DNA of 16,703 bases from Thermoproteota archaeon (GCA_049700215.1 JBNAVT010000029.1:1-16703); one strand, 5' to 3'; counted from the stretch's first letter, positions 1-8,923 are shown. Notes: generated from the letters alone by a model not told the origin. Numbers and translations are program-made.

Positions 1-54
1 GTGACAAGCAACATAGTGGCCAAGCTCTATTTCGATTAACTCCGGCTTCTCGTA
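1..54 (-). pseudogene. C-terminal remnant of an oligopeptide/oligosaccharide ABC ATPase (OppD/OppF C-terminal domain); runs off the window start
   Basis: Manual translation of 54->1 gives YEKPELIEIELGHYVACH, matching the P-x-L-x-E-x(3)-GH-x-VACH tail of OppD/OppF. The rest of the gene is absent; the remnant starts at the (GC)7 motif. Not in the ORF track. Confidence 0.8.
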
Positions 55-251
55 GCGCGCGCGCGCGCTGCAAGTAATGCTACCGTTGTGAATGAAATAA
101 GTATAATGAGCCCGATTATGGCCTTTCTATCGTGCAGAACAACCCTCCATATTTCGAGCCAACCGCTTCTTTGATCACTCCATGTCCATGTGTTTCTTGA
201 ACCTGATTTACGAATGCTCTCAGGTTGATTACTAGTTAAACACGTCTTCAT
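36..251 (-). pseudogene. oppC: Truncated ABC permease OppC/DppC (N-terminus and first TM helix only)
   Basis: ATG abuts the oppB stop. 'WRVVLHDRKAIIGLIILISFTTVALLA' is a typical OppC N-terminal domain, normally followed by P..APYDP. Here it becomes ARARATRSRS* at the (GC)7 tract. Confidence 0.8.
53..69. repeat. TA(GC)nT palindromic motif, (GC)7 copy
   Basis: TAGCGCGCGCGCGCGCT read directly; lies at the oppC/oppD-F junction. Confidence 0.9.
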
Positions 252-1253
252 TTAATACCGGACCCTCGGATCTATAATTACGTACAGTATGTCCGTTATG
301 TAGTTTGCAATAATGACCGCCACAGTTATTATGTAAAAGAATCCTTGGATCAAAGGGTAGTCTTGATTAAGAATTGCGTTAAAAAGCAGTAGCCCTACAC
401 CGGGATAAGAGAAGACGGATTCGGTTACGATCGCGCCACCTACCATTGTCCCAAGGTGTAGCGTGAACAATGTTAAGACCGGTAGTAATGCATTCCTTGC
501 AGCATGCTTAATAATTATTGTCCTTGGCTTCACACCCTTTGCTTCAGCCAAAGTTATGTAGTCCTCACCCATTGTTGAAACCATGTTATCACGCATAATG
601 ATCGTGTAGGAAGCGAAATTGCCTGCAACCAGCGAAAGCGTTGGAAGGACGGCGTGTCTTAGAACGTCTACGATGAATTCTAGGCTGAAGAACGGTTTTG
701 AAGCAACATGGCTCGAATATGCTCCTGCAACAGGAAAGATGGGTATGTAAACCCCGAAGATCATTATCAGAATCATGGCGATCCAAAAATACGGAGTTGA
801 GAGAAGGAATATTGAGATTGTTGAGATTACGGCTTCAAGTTTGGTTCCTCGCTTCCAAGCCGATAGCATTCCTAAAAAAATTCCCAGAGTAGCTGTCAAT
901 ACTGTTGACAGAGTTAGAAGGAAAAGTGTCCAAGGAAGATAGAGCATAACCACATTCCAGACGGGAGCAGGATAATAAGAGTATGAAATCCCGAAGTACG
1001 GTGGAAACGTGAAAACTACGTTCTTCATATATAACGCGAATTGTTCGAGAAGCGGTTTGTCTAAGCCGAACCTGGTGCGGAGAGCTGCCGCCACCTCACC
1101 TGGAAGCCTGTATGAAGAAGCCATCAACTCCTCAGGGCTTCCTGGAATCAATCGAGGAATAACGAATACAAAAATTAGTGCAATTACATAGGTCAACAAT
1201 GCGTTCATACCACGTTGAAGAAGGTACTGCCAAGACAACAAGAGATTTTTCAC
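252..1253 (-). CDS. oppB: ABC transporter permease, OppB/DppB family
   Basis: 333 aa, multiple TM helices, 'FVIPRLIPGSP', 'FGLDKPLLEQF', EAA loop 'EDYITLAEAKGV..HAARNALLP', C-terminal 'DYPLIQG..DILYVIIDPRVR'. Confidence 0.93.
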   Translation of the reverse strand: MKNLLLSWQYLLQRGMNALLTYVIALIFVFVIPRLIPGSPEELMASSYRLPGEVAAALRTRFGLDKPLLEQFALYMKNVVFTFPPYFGISYSYYPAPVWNVVMLYLPWTLFLLTLSTVLTATLGIFLGMLSAWKRGTKLEAVISTISIFLLSTPYFWIAMILIMIFGVYIPIFPVAGAYSSHVASKPFFSLEFIVDVLRHAVLPTLSLVAGNFASYTIIMRDNMVSTMGEDYITLAEAKGVKPRTIIIKHAARNALLPVLTLFTLHLGTMVGGAIVTESVFSYPGVGLLLFNAILNQDYPLIQGFFYIITVAVIIANYITDILYVIIDPRVRY

Positions 1254-1304
1254 CTTTTTCTTAGAATGAGGTCATAACCTATAAGGCTTTCCAGGTCATT
1301 AAGT

Positions 1305-1323
1305 AAAAAAATAGGTTTAAAAA
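1305..1323 (-). terminator. Possible archaeal oligo-T terminator after the SBP gene
   Basis: Minus strand reads TTTTT-AAACCTA-TTTTTTT starting 9 nt after the oppA stop. Confidence 0.3.
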
Positions 1324-1331
1324 CGCTTTCT

Positions 1332-3149
1332 TTAGCGTTTACGAAGAACATAGTACAGAACCACTATCAAGACCACTAGCAGGGTAATTCCTACGGCATA
1401 CAGCTCTATAGGTGGCCCGGGTGGAGGAGTTACTTTTTCTTCAGGAGCTACTTTAACCGCGGGAAGATGAAGATTACAAACTAGGTTGCTCATCGGCCAG
1501 TTAAAACCTTCTTTCATAGGCTCCCACCCCTCAAAGGTGTCAGTCCTATGAGCCCATATATGTTTCGCATAGTATAAGGATAGGAAGGGTAGTTCCTCCG
1601 CTATGATTCGTTGAGCCTCATTGTATATCTCGTGAAGCCTCGCTGGGTCAGATTCCTGACGACTTATTTCCATCAATTCCTTGTAACGATCGTTAGCCCA
1701 CCGGGTCCATCCTCTATAGTAAACACTTTGTCCTATTGGAGTTACCCGAGGATAGAAGAACTTGTTCAACACGAAATCCATTGAAAGCGGATGGTTAGTT
1801 AGTATAACTCCCATGTCATAGTAGCCGTATCCGTAATTATTAACGTAGACTGAACTTGAAAAAGTTCTAACAGAGACGTCAAGCCCTATGTCCTTCCATT
1901 GCTGAGCCACTACTGCGGCAATAAGTGTTTCTCCACCTGCTCTCGCCATGAGCTCTAGCGTCAGTTTTGTTCCGTTGGGATAATACCAGAAACCGTCGGT
2001 TCCAAGTACGAAACCCAGGCTCTCAATAAGTGCCTTAGCTTTAGTAATGTTGCGCGGGTATGTTGGAAGCCCGGGAGCGAGCCACTCCGTGAAGTCGGAT
2101 GGAAGGAACCCATAGCTTGCTACCTTGCCATAACCTCCTGCAGCTAAATCAACTATTTGCTGTCTATCTAAGCCATAGGCCAAAGCCTGTCTAAACTCTT
2201 TTTGTGAGAGAGGATATCTAAGGTTGTTAATAAGTATTCCAGCCCATCTGGCCATCTGCCAAGCACCGTAGGGGTGGGTCGAGAAGGTTTCGACAGTAAC
2301 GTTCGGAAGACCGACTAGCCCAGCCACTTGAGCCGTGGATGGAACCTCTATTATGTCAAACTCTTTACTGGCCATTAAGGCAGGAATATTCGCGTCTGGC
2401 GACAGAAGGGTGACAGTTATGTTCGTTACATATGGCTTTGGTCCCCAGTAATATGGGTTCTGCACCATCTTGATAACAGTCGCTCCTGGAGAGAAGTCAA
2501 TTATCTTAAATGGTCCTGTACCTATTGTTTCAGTGAACCTCGTGGAGTTTGGAGAGAGGAACTCGTCAACGCTCTTCCAAAAATGTTTCGGCATGGGTGT
2601 TAACGCTAACCAGTAATAGAGAAACGGAGAAAACACTTGCTTAAGATGAACTTTAAAGTTTTTACTATCAACAACCTCTATATGGTCAATATAGGGGCTA
2701 ATTCCCCACTCGTCGATTTCTGGAAGAGCTTTAATAACGTCGTAAGTAAAGAGTATGTCTTCTGTTGTAACATCAGTCCCATCCGACCACTTTGCGTTTT
2801 CACGAATTGTGAAAGAATATGTGAGACCGTCTGCCGAGGACGACCATGAAGCGAATATTAGGGGGATTAAGGAGCCGTTTGGGGCTTGACGTGCACCTGT
2901 CTCATGAGCCAGACGAAGTAAGTTCTCTAGAAGTATAATGGGGCCAGCCGAAGTAGCTCCATGCCCCTCTATATACATTACTGGTCCTGTCGTGATCAAC
3001 CCGACTCTCAGGTTGCCACCTGACGGGATAACAACTTCTTCTTGCGCATTCCCCATCCTTAACAGTGTTGGAGTAAACAGGCCAAGGATTATCAACAGGA
3101 GAAGTAATAGCATGCGACAGCGGCATGCATTCATATGCATATTATTCAT
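1332..3149 (-). CDS. oppA: ABC substrate-binding protein, family 5 (OppA/DppA-like, probably oligosaccharide-binding), with C-terminal membrane anchor
   Basis: Hydrophobic N-terminal signal; 'SADGLTYSFTIRENAKWSDG..VTTEDILFT', 'IGTGPF', 'NPYYWG', 'FRQALAYGLDR'; Pro-rich linker, TM helix and RKR tail typical of archaeal SBPs. The true start may be a downstream Met. Confidence 0.92.
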   Translation of the reverse strand: MNNMHMNACRCRMLLLLLLIILGLFTPTLLRMGNAQEEVVIPSGGNLRVGLITTGPVMYIEGHGATSAGPIILLENLLRLAHETGARQAPNGSLIPLIFASWSSSADGLTYSFTIRENAKWSDGTDVTTEDILFTYDVIKALPEIDEWGISPYIDHIEVVDSKNFKVHLKQVFSPFLYYWLALTPMPKHFWKSVDEFLSPNSTRFTETIGTGPFKIIDFSPGATVIKMVQNPYYWGPKPYVTNITVTLLSPDANIPALMASKEFDIIEVPSTAQVAGLVGLPNVTVETFSTHPYGAWQMARWAGILINNLRYPLSQKEFRQALAYGLDRQQIVDLAAGGYGKVASYGFLPSDFTEWLAPGLPTYPRNITKAKALIESLGFVLGTDGFWYYPNGTKLTLELMARAGGETLIAAVVAQQWKDIGLDVSVRTFSSSVYVNNYGYGYYDMGVILTNHPLSMDFVLNKFFYPRVTPIGQSVYYRGWTRWANDRYKELMEISRQESDPARLHEIYNEAQRIIAEELPFLSLYYAKHIWAHRTDTFEGWEPMKEGFNWPMSNLVCNLHLPAVKVAPEEKVTPPPGPPIELYAVGITLLVVLIVVLYYVLRKR

Positions 3150-3235
3150 AAGCCAGGGTTTTTAGTAGCATTATTTAAACTTTACGCTCGCGAAAAACAT
3201 ATTCTTCAATAAGCGATGAGTTTGAACCGGCAGCT

Positions 3236-3250
3236 AAAATTTTTAAATAG
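3236..3250 (+). promoter_or_regulatory. Putative TATA box of the GHL10-like gene, in the divergent promoter region shared with oppA
   Basis: TTTTTAAATA about 32-40 nt upstream of the TTG at 3281; a minus-strand TTTAAATA lies near 3172-3179 for oppA. Confidence 0.4.
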
Positions 3251-3280
3251 ACAGAGCACGTAAATAGAACGATAAGAATA

Positions 3281-4666
3281 TTGAGCAATAAGTTTGAGAT
3301 TGGAGTATGGGCCTATATGGATTTTAGGGAGAAGCCCTATGGACAGGAAGACATTAAGAGGTTTGTAGACTGGTGTGATAAAGTAGGGATAAAGAAGGTG
3401 CTTATGTCGATAAGAACCGGATTATTTGCAAACTTCCCCGGTAGCAAGATGCTTCCTCCGCTTCCGAAATTCAAAGGGTGGAATGCCTTGGGTGAAGTCA
3501 TCAATATGCTTCATGATTCTGGAAAAGAGGTTCATGCCATGATAGTTGTGGCTCCGTGGCTGGAACTCGAAGGGACAACTTCCATTCGAGACGTCGACTT
3601 AACACCTAGGCCAGCTGTCCTCGACAATCCGGAATGGCTGTGCACCGATAGGTATGGCCTTAGAGAAGATAAAGCGCCCTTTTTTGGAACTAGGATCAAC
3701 CTTGACATAGGTAAGCCTGAAGTTAGAGAATATATAGCAGACCATGTTGAAGACGTCCTCTCAGCAAACCCAGATCTTGACGGAATCCATCTAGACTTCA
3801 TAAGGTACAGGTACTGGAAATCAACTATAACAATGGATATTAGGGAGAGTGCTGACTTTGGAAGGCTTTTAAACGAAGGAGATATATTGTATTTAACTAA
3901 GGAGGGGCCCGGTCCTACAGGACGTGCTGCTGTAAAACTAGCGTATTATCTCAAGTTTAGCGATAGAACTAAGTATGCACCCTACAACGGGACTAGAGCC
4001 GTTTTAGAAAGGGAGTATGCCTACTGCTTCTGTGAAAGCTGCTTGAGAAGATTCCAAGAAGAGATGGACCTAGAGATTCCTAGGCGATTGAGAAAGACTA
4101 TAGAGAAGGCGGATTGGATATTTTCAAACCATCCATCAGAATGGTACCTATGGAGAGCAAAGCAGGTTAAAAAACAGGTGAAACTGATCCGGGAGGTAAC
4201 GCGTAGGCTCTCGGCTAGATACAAGCTTTCTGCAGCCACCTTTGCCAGGTTTCCACCGCACGGAATCGTCATCAATGATGCACCTCCTAGTGTAGATGAT
4301 TATGAGTCAGTAGTTTATGCGCTTGGGCAAGACTGGATTTCTTGGGTTAACGATGGTCTCATCGACTTCGCGGAGCCCATGCTCTATTGGACTAAGCCGA
4401 GTGATTTTGGTAAAATCGTTGAACATTTAGTAAGCAGGATAAGGGACAAGAATTTTCCGCTATACCCCGGAATCTTAGTTTCGAACGAATACATCATCGA
4501 GCCAAGCGAGGTGGAGAAGTATGCTAAGAGAACTATTGATTCTTCGGGTTCAGGAATTACGCTATTCCAGTATGCCACGTGGTGTGCCTCTTATAGAAGG
4601 GCTCTGGGGTTACCTGAGATAAGAGATTATGATCAAGAACTTGTTAAGCTGAAGGATCTTCAATAG
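3281..4666 (+). CDS. Glycoside hydrolase-like TIM-barrel protein, GHL10/YddW (DUF187) family
   Basis: 'EVINMLHDSGKEVHAM', 'NPEW', 'LDIGKPEVREYI', 'LDGIHLDFIRY', 'YCFCESC', 'GQDWISWVNDGLIDFAEPMLY', 'GSGITLFQY'. No signal peptide. Confidence 0.8.
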   Translation: MSNKFEIGVWAYMDFREKPYGQEDIKRFVDWCDKVGIKKVLMSIRTGLFANFPGSKMLPPLPKFKGWNALGEVINMLHDSGKEVHAMIVVAPWLELEGTTSIRDVDLTPRPAVLDNPEWLCTDRYGLREDKAPFFGTRINLDIGKPEVREYIADHVEDVLSANPDLDGIHLDFIRYRYWKSTITMDIRESADFGRLLNEGDILYLTKEGPGPTGRAAVKLAYYLKFSDRTKYAPYNGTRAVLEREYAYCFCESCLRRFQEEMDLEIPRRLRKTIEKADWIFSNHPSEWYLWRAKQVKKQVKLIREVTRRLSARYKLSAATFARFPPHGIVINDAPPSVDDYESVVYALGQDWISWVNDGLIDFAEPMLYWTKPSDFGKIVEHLVSRIRDKNFPLYPGILVSNEYIIEPSEVEKYAKRTIDSSGSGITLFQYATWCASYRRALGLPEIRDYDQELVKLKDLQ

Positions 4667-4767
4667 TTGCCCAAAATTAAGTTTTTACCGCTAATTAGGT
4701 ATAGGAAGCCAGCGGATACATAGTTTAATTACAGATACAAATTCGGCTTCTTTAAGCCTTAATTCTT

Positions 4768-6918
4768 TTAATCAATAATTAGTCTGTTTACGAGCCTGAT
4801 GTCTCTCGACGAGGCGCCCACCCTTACCTCGTACTCTCCCTTCTCTACAACCCATTCTCCACCGTCGAAGCTTGCGAGCGAACTGAAGTCAAGCTCAACC
4901 CTAATCTCCTCCTTCTCGCCAGGGTTTAAAAGCCTCGTCTTATGGAACTCCTTAAGCTCCTGGAAAGGCTTATCCAACCTACCCTTCGGCGCCCTGATAT
5001 AGATCTGGGCAACCTCTTTCCCCGGGAGGCTCCCAGTGTTCTCAACCTCGAAGGAAACAACCACCCTATTGTTAACCGTCTCAACCCTTAAATTCCTGTA
5101 TTCGAAGCTCGTGTAGGACAGGCCGAAGCCGAACTCGTAGGCAGGCTCAACCCCGAAAGTGTCGTAATACCTGTAGCCAACGTATATCCCCTCGTCGTAC
5201 ACGACTCTCTGCGGGTTTTCTCCCGGCTCTCCTGGGAAGCTCCAGGATGGAACGTCAGAATAGTCCACGGGGAAGGTTGTTGGAAGCCTACCCGACGGAT
5301 TTCTCTCCCCGGAAACAATGTCGGCAACTATCCTCCCCGTTTCCTGGCCGGCTTGCCACGCTAACAGGATTCCGTCAACCATGTTCCTCCAGCTGGCGAC
5401 CTCTATCGGGGAGCCTATGTTCAACACGGCTACAACCTTTTTACCATGCTGATGAAAGGCTTTAGAAACCCTCTCCACCAGGGTTCTCTCGTCATCGCTC
5501 AAGTAGAAGTCTCCCTTCTCAGGCTTCCTATCGTAGCCCTCGCCCGATATCCTGCTTATCACGATGACCGCGACATCGTTCCTCTCAGAAAACCTCCCTA
5601 TCTCCCCCTCGCTTAGAAAGTCCTGGGGAACTGGTTTAAAGACCTCGCCGAACATTGTTTTCTCTATCCTGTATTCAGCCCTACTCCTGATCTCAGCCAA
5701 GTATCTCGCGTATGCCTCCGCAAGCTCCTCGTCTATCCTCAGGCGTCTCTCCCTCATCCCGTCGAGTATAGATATTACGTACCTCGGGTGAGTGTCGCCG
5801 CTCCCAGTACCGCCCTTTATAGTCTCTATCTGGCCTGTTCCGAAGAGAGCTATTCTAGCATCCTTGCCCACGGGCAACGCCCCATTGTTCTTAAGAAGGA
5901 CAACGCCCTCCACGCCGGCCTCATAGGCGACCCTAGCGTGAGCATCGAGATCAGGCTTGTTAGAGTAAGCGTACCCTTTGAAGGAAGGCGAGTTGACCAG
6001 AACCCTCAGAATGTTCTTCACATTCCTTATGAGGACTTCCTCGTCAAGCCTTCCTTCTCTAACAGCATTAATTATCGCCTCCACCTCGTCCTTCCTATTC
6101 TTGTCAACCTGATGCGCCTTCCCAGGCATTATCATATCGTTGCCAGCCCTCATCATCTCCACCGGGTCGTCTCTAGCGAACCAGTCTGTCATCACGAAGC
6201 CTTCAAACCCCCAGTCGCACCTCAGAACCCTCGTTAGAAGCCACTCGTTCTGCGAACAGTGTTTCCCGTTCAGCTTGTTGTACGCGCTCATCACTGTCCA
6301 CGGCTTAGCCTTCTTAACAGCTATCTCGAAACCCTTAAGATATATTTCTCTAAGCGCTCTTTCAGAAACAAGCGTGTCGATCAGGAAACGGTTCGTCTCC
6401 TGATTGTTGGCTGCGAAATGCTTCAGGCAGGCTCCAACCCCTTGAGACTGAACACCCTTAACGAAGGCTGCAGCCATCTCCCCGGTGAGGAGAGGATCCT
6501 CAGAGTAGTACTCGAAGTTCCTGCCGCAGAGGGGATTCCTGTGAATATTCATCGCCGGCGCTAGAAGAATATCCACCCCGTACTCCCTAACCTCCTCGCC
6601 GACACACCTGCCGACAGCCTCAAGAATCTCCCTGTTCCAGGTTGAGGCGAGCATCGTCTCAACGGGAAAAGCCGTAGCATGATACGTTTTATCATCGTTC
6701 TCCCTCCTAGGGTTTATTCTTAAGCCAGCCGGCCCGTCAGCCAGCACGGCTGAAGGTATTCCAAGCCTTTCAACAGGATGAGTCTCGCCGGCAGCACCCG
6801 GGACTCTGGGCAAGGGGTTTCCAAACATGCCGGGTATGCCTACTCCCACGACGATCCTGGCTTTCTCCTCAAGAGTCATCTTAGAAACGGTCTCGGGAAC
6901 CTCCTCCAGCGTTACCAA
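4768..6918 (-). CDS. Glycoside hydrolase family 3 beta-glucosidase (three domains, C-terminal Fn3-like)
   Basis: 'LADGPAGLR', 'LLAPAMNIHRNPLCGRNFEYYSEDP', 'LKHFAANNQE', nucleophile motif 'GFVMTDWF', 'RISGEGYDR', 'YDEGIYVGYRYY', 'FGFGLSYT'. Resembles Thermotoga Bgl3B-type enzymes; no signal peptide. Confidence 0.96.
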   Translation of the reverse strand: MVTLEEVPETVSKMTLEEKARIVVGVGIPGMFGNPLPRVPGAAGETHPVERLGIPSAVLADGPAGLRINPRRENDDKTYHATAFPVETMLASTWNREILEAVGRCVGEEVREYGVDILLAPAMNIHRNPLCGRNFEYYSEDPLLTGEMAAAFVKGVQSQGVGACLKHFAANNQETNRFLIDTLVSERALREIYLKGFEIAVKKAKPWTVMSAYNKLNGKHCSQNEWLLTRVLRCDWGFEGFVMTDWFARDDPVEMMRAGNDMIMPGKAHQVDKNRKDEVEAIINAVREGRLDEEVLIRNVKNILRVLVNSPSFKGYAYSNKPDLDAHARVAYEAGVEGVVLLKNNGALPVGKDARIALFGTGQIETIKGGTGSGDTHPRYVISILDGMRERRLRIDEELAEAYARYLAEIRSRAEYRIEKTMFGEVFKPVPQDFLSEGEIGRFSERNDVAVIVISRISGEGYDRKPEKGDFYLSDDERTLVERVSKAFHQHGKKVVAVLNIGSPIEVASWRNMVDGILLAWQAGQETGRIVADIVSGERNPSGRLPTTFPVDYSDVPSWSFPGEPGENPQRVVYDEGIYVGYRYYDTFGVEPAYEFGFGLSYTSFEYRNLRVETVNNRVVVSFEVENTGSLPGKEVAQIYIRAPKGRLDKPFQELKEFHKTRLLNPGEKEEIRVELDFSSLASFDGGEWVVEKGEYEVRVGASSRDIRLVNRLIID

Positions 6919-6970
6919 TTCTAATCCCCGGGAACGAATAGTTTAAAGATTATTTAAGCTTTTCAATTAA

Positions 6971-6983
6971 TACGTAGCGCGTA
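6971..6983. repeat. Degenerate TA(GC)nT motif copy
   Basis: TACGTAGCGCGTA; shares the ACGTAGCGCG left flank with the copies at 9640 and 13471. Confidence 0.6.
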
Positions 6984-7119
6984 AATTAAGGGCTTGCTAC
7001 AACAAATTAAACAATATCGATCCTGGTATTAGAGTAACCGTTTCCCGGAAACGTGGGAAAACCTGTCTTCACGCCAACCCTAATCATAACCTATAAATTT
7101 AGACTCCCCGTTAAGACTC

Positions 7120-7203
7120 ATGCAGGTCAAGATCCGCCCAGCGGAGGAAGAGGATTCGGAGCCGGTTGAAAACATTGTGGGAGACTGGCTTAGCGCGCGC
7201 TAA
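7120..7203 (+). pseudogene. N-terminal remnant of a probable GNAT-family acetyltransferase
   Basis: Manual translation MQVKIRPAEEEDSEPVENIVGDWLSAR*; 'IRPA-xx-ED' is the typical GNAT start. TATA-like CTATAAAT at 7091-7098. The stop comes from the palindrome at 7190-7203. Confidence 0.6.
7190..7203. repeat. TA(GC)nT motif, perfect 14-bp palindrome TTAGCGCGCGCTAA
   Basis: Read directly. Confidence 0.9.
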
Positions 7204-7254
7204 TGCTTGAACTTTCTTTAAACAGTCTTCAAAAGTAGAAAAAGTATTACGATA

Positions 7255-7572
7255 TTATTCTCTTCTCTCCACGATTATCTTGCACTTCGTCGCTATTGCT
7301 GCAATCACACCTAGGGCAGCCATCCATGGTGCTAAGATGGCGCCTATCACTCCAACGGTAGCAGGAATCTCAAGCAGCGTTTCATCTTTCTCGCTCTTAA
7401 CAATGATTCTCGTAACATTCCCTTCATGAATAATGTTTTTAATCGTTTTAACAAGATCCTCGGAAGAAACGGAGTATTCCTCTCTCGAAACATTATCCAC
7501 TGGAGAACCGCATGCGGAACAGAAGGCAGCGTCATCAGGCAGTTCCCTGCCGCACTTCTGACAATGCTTCAA
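7255..7572 (-). CDS. Zinc-ribbon plus DUF4342 domain protein
   Basis: N-terminal 'CQKCG..DDAAFCSACG' zinc ribbon, then 'IIHEGNVTRIIVK..LLEIPATVGVIGAILAPWMAALG..IIVER' (DUF4342). GAGGTG RBS before the TTG. Confidence 0.85.
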   Translation of the reverse strand: MKHCQKCGRELPDDAAFCSACGSPVDNVSREEYSVSSEDLVKTIKNIIHEGNVTRIIVKSEKDETLLEIPATVGVIGAILAPWMAALGVIAAIATKCKIIVERRE

Positions 7573-7720
7573 ACACTCTCCACCTCACTATATGTCTGGC
7601 AGCAAGTTTTTAAACGTTTTAATGCTGAACCCCGATTTCTGGAAGCAGGCTTTGAAAAACGAGGATCCGGCTGGTTTCAACCCTCATAGTCGGCGTAGAC
7701 GCCTGGGAAACTTCATAAAA

Positions 7721-8149
7721 CTACGTTATTAGAGTCCCGTTCTTTTTATCAAAGAGATGAAGCTTCCTTTTGTTTATCGACACCCAAACGGTGGCTTCAG
7801 GCTTCCATTCCTCAGCCGTCTCCACCTTAAACAGTATGTCTCCTATGTGGAGGCTGACTATAGCTTTACCCCCCAGCGGCTCCGCCACATAGACCCTGGC
7901 CTTAATACGTTCCCCACCGGGTGTTTCATGCAAGGATATGTCTTCAGGTCTAATCCCCAGTATGACTTCACTCCCCACGTGAGGCGCTAGAAGACCCTTA
8001 AACTCAGTCAGGTCAAGGCTAAAGTGTACCGCATCCACGTACAGCTTATCGTCTTTCTCAATCAGCCTACCTTCCGTCATGTTCATCGGCGGGCTTCCTA
8101 TAAAGCTCGCTGTGAACACGTTAGCCGGACGATAGTATAGTTCATCGGG
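7721..8149 (-). pseudogene. 3' remnant of a MalK/MsmX-type sugar ABC ATPase (regulatory/TOBE domains)
   Basis: Extending the frame to 8149 gives PDELYYRPANVFTASFIGSPPMN..LGIRPEDI..AEPLGG..LHLFD. The whole nucleotide-binding domain is missing. Confidence 0.85.
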
Positions 8150-8724
8150 GAGTAGCCTTCTTCCTGACGCTGATCTCCCTCGTCGTGATCCTTTGCCATT
8201 TCTACCTTAACCCTTACCCCGTGACCCCGTGGCAAACGCTCGGCTGCTTCCTAGCCATGACTGTTCTCACGTTTTGCGCTAAGAGGCTTAGAGGCTTGAA
8301 GCTAGGCTGCGCCGAGAGCCGTGTGAGGAACAGGTGGCTTTGGCTGCTCGGAGCATCAGGCGGGTTCATGTATTTCTTCATCGTGTTTGGGCTTCTGCCC
8401 TTGGTTGGCATCCCAGTTTTGCTCACGATCTCTATCGGCATCGCATTAACCATCCTTATTACAGTAATCGTCCTCAGGCTCTCTAAGAAAGGCATGGGCG
8501 AGCTAAACGCACTTGGGCTTGCATCCGGCTTCCTGACTCCCCTGATATTCCTCGACCCCATTTTAGAGGCTTCCAGCCCAACCCCCGAGGATTTCAGAGG
8601 GCAGACGGCGGTCGGAGTAATCTTCACTCTGTTTTTAATACTGCTCGGCCGCAAGACCAGCCGCAGGGAGGCGGTGACGCGGCAGGACAAGCAGACTGGG
8701 CAGTCTCTCATGCTCAGCCCCTAA
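8149..8724 (+). pseudogene. 5'-truncated multi-pass membrane protein
   Basis: About 6 hydrophobic segments. The hydrophobic frame continues upstream of the GTG at 8185 (GVAFFLTLISLVVILC) to the junction with the MalK remnant. No promoter or RBS seen. Confidence 0.55.
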
Positions 8725-8829
8725 GTGTCGCGCTCTGCAGACGAGGATTTTAAAAGTTTAGCATGCGCCCTCCTCATTCGAGCGTTTCGCTACCGAGAAA
8801 GACTGCGGCTTCAAACATAGTCTAATCAG

Positions 8830-8838
8830 TAGCGCGCT
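8830..8838. repeat. TA(GC)nT motif, (GC)3 copy
   Basis: TAGCGCGCT read directly. Confidence 0.75.
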
Positions 8839-8911
8839 GAGATTTTCCAACTGCCCAGCTTTCTATCTATCGTCAGCCGCTGCATGAACAGCCGCCTGAA
8901 GAACTGCCGGA

Positions 8912-8923
8912 AGCACGCGCGCT
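8912..8923. repeat. A(GC)5T motif copy with one G>A change
   Basis: AGCACGCGCGCT, at the apparent truncation point of the sialidase-like pseudogene. Confidence 0.7.

Noticed and set aside
55-68. Phase-variable (GC)n switch in oppC
   Set aside because: No frame beyond the tract restores OppC; the downstream sequence is an ATPase tail, so slippage cannot reactivate the gene.
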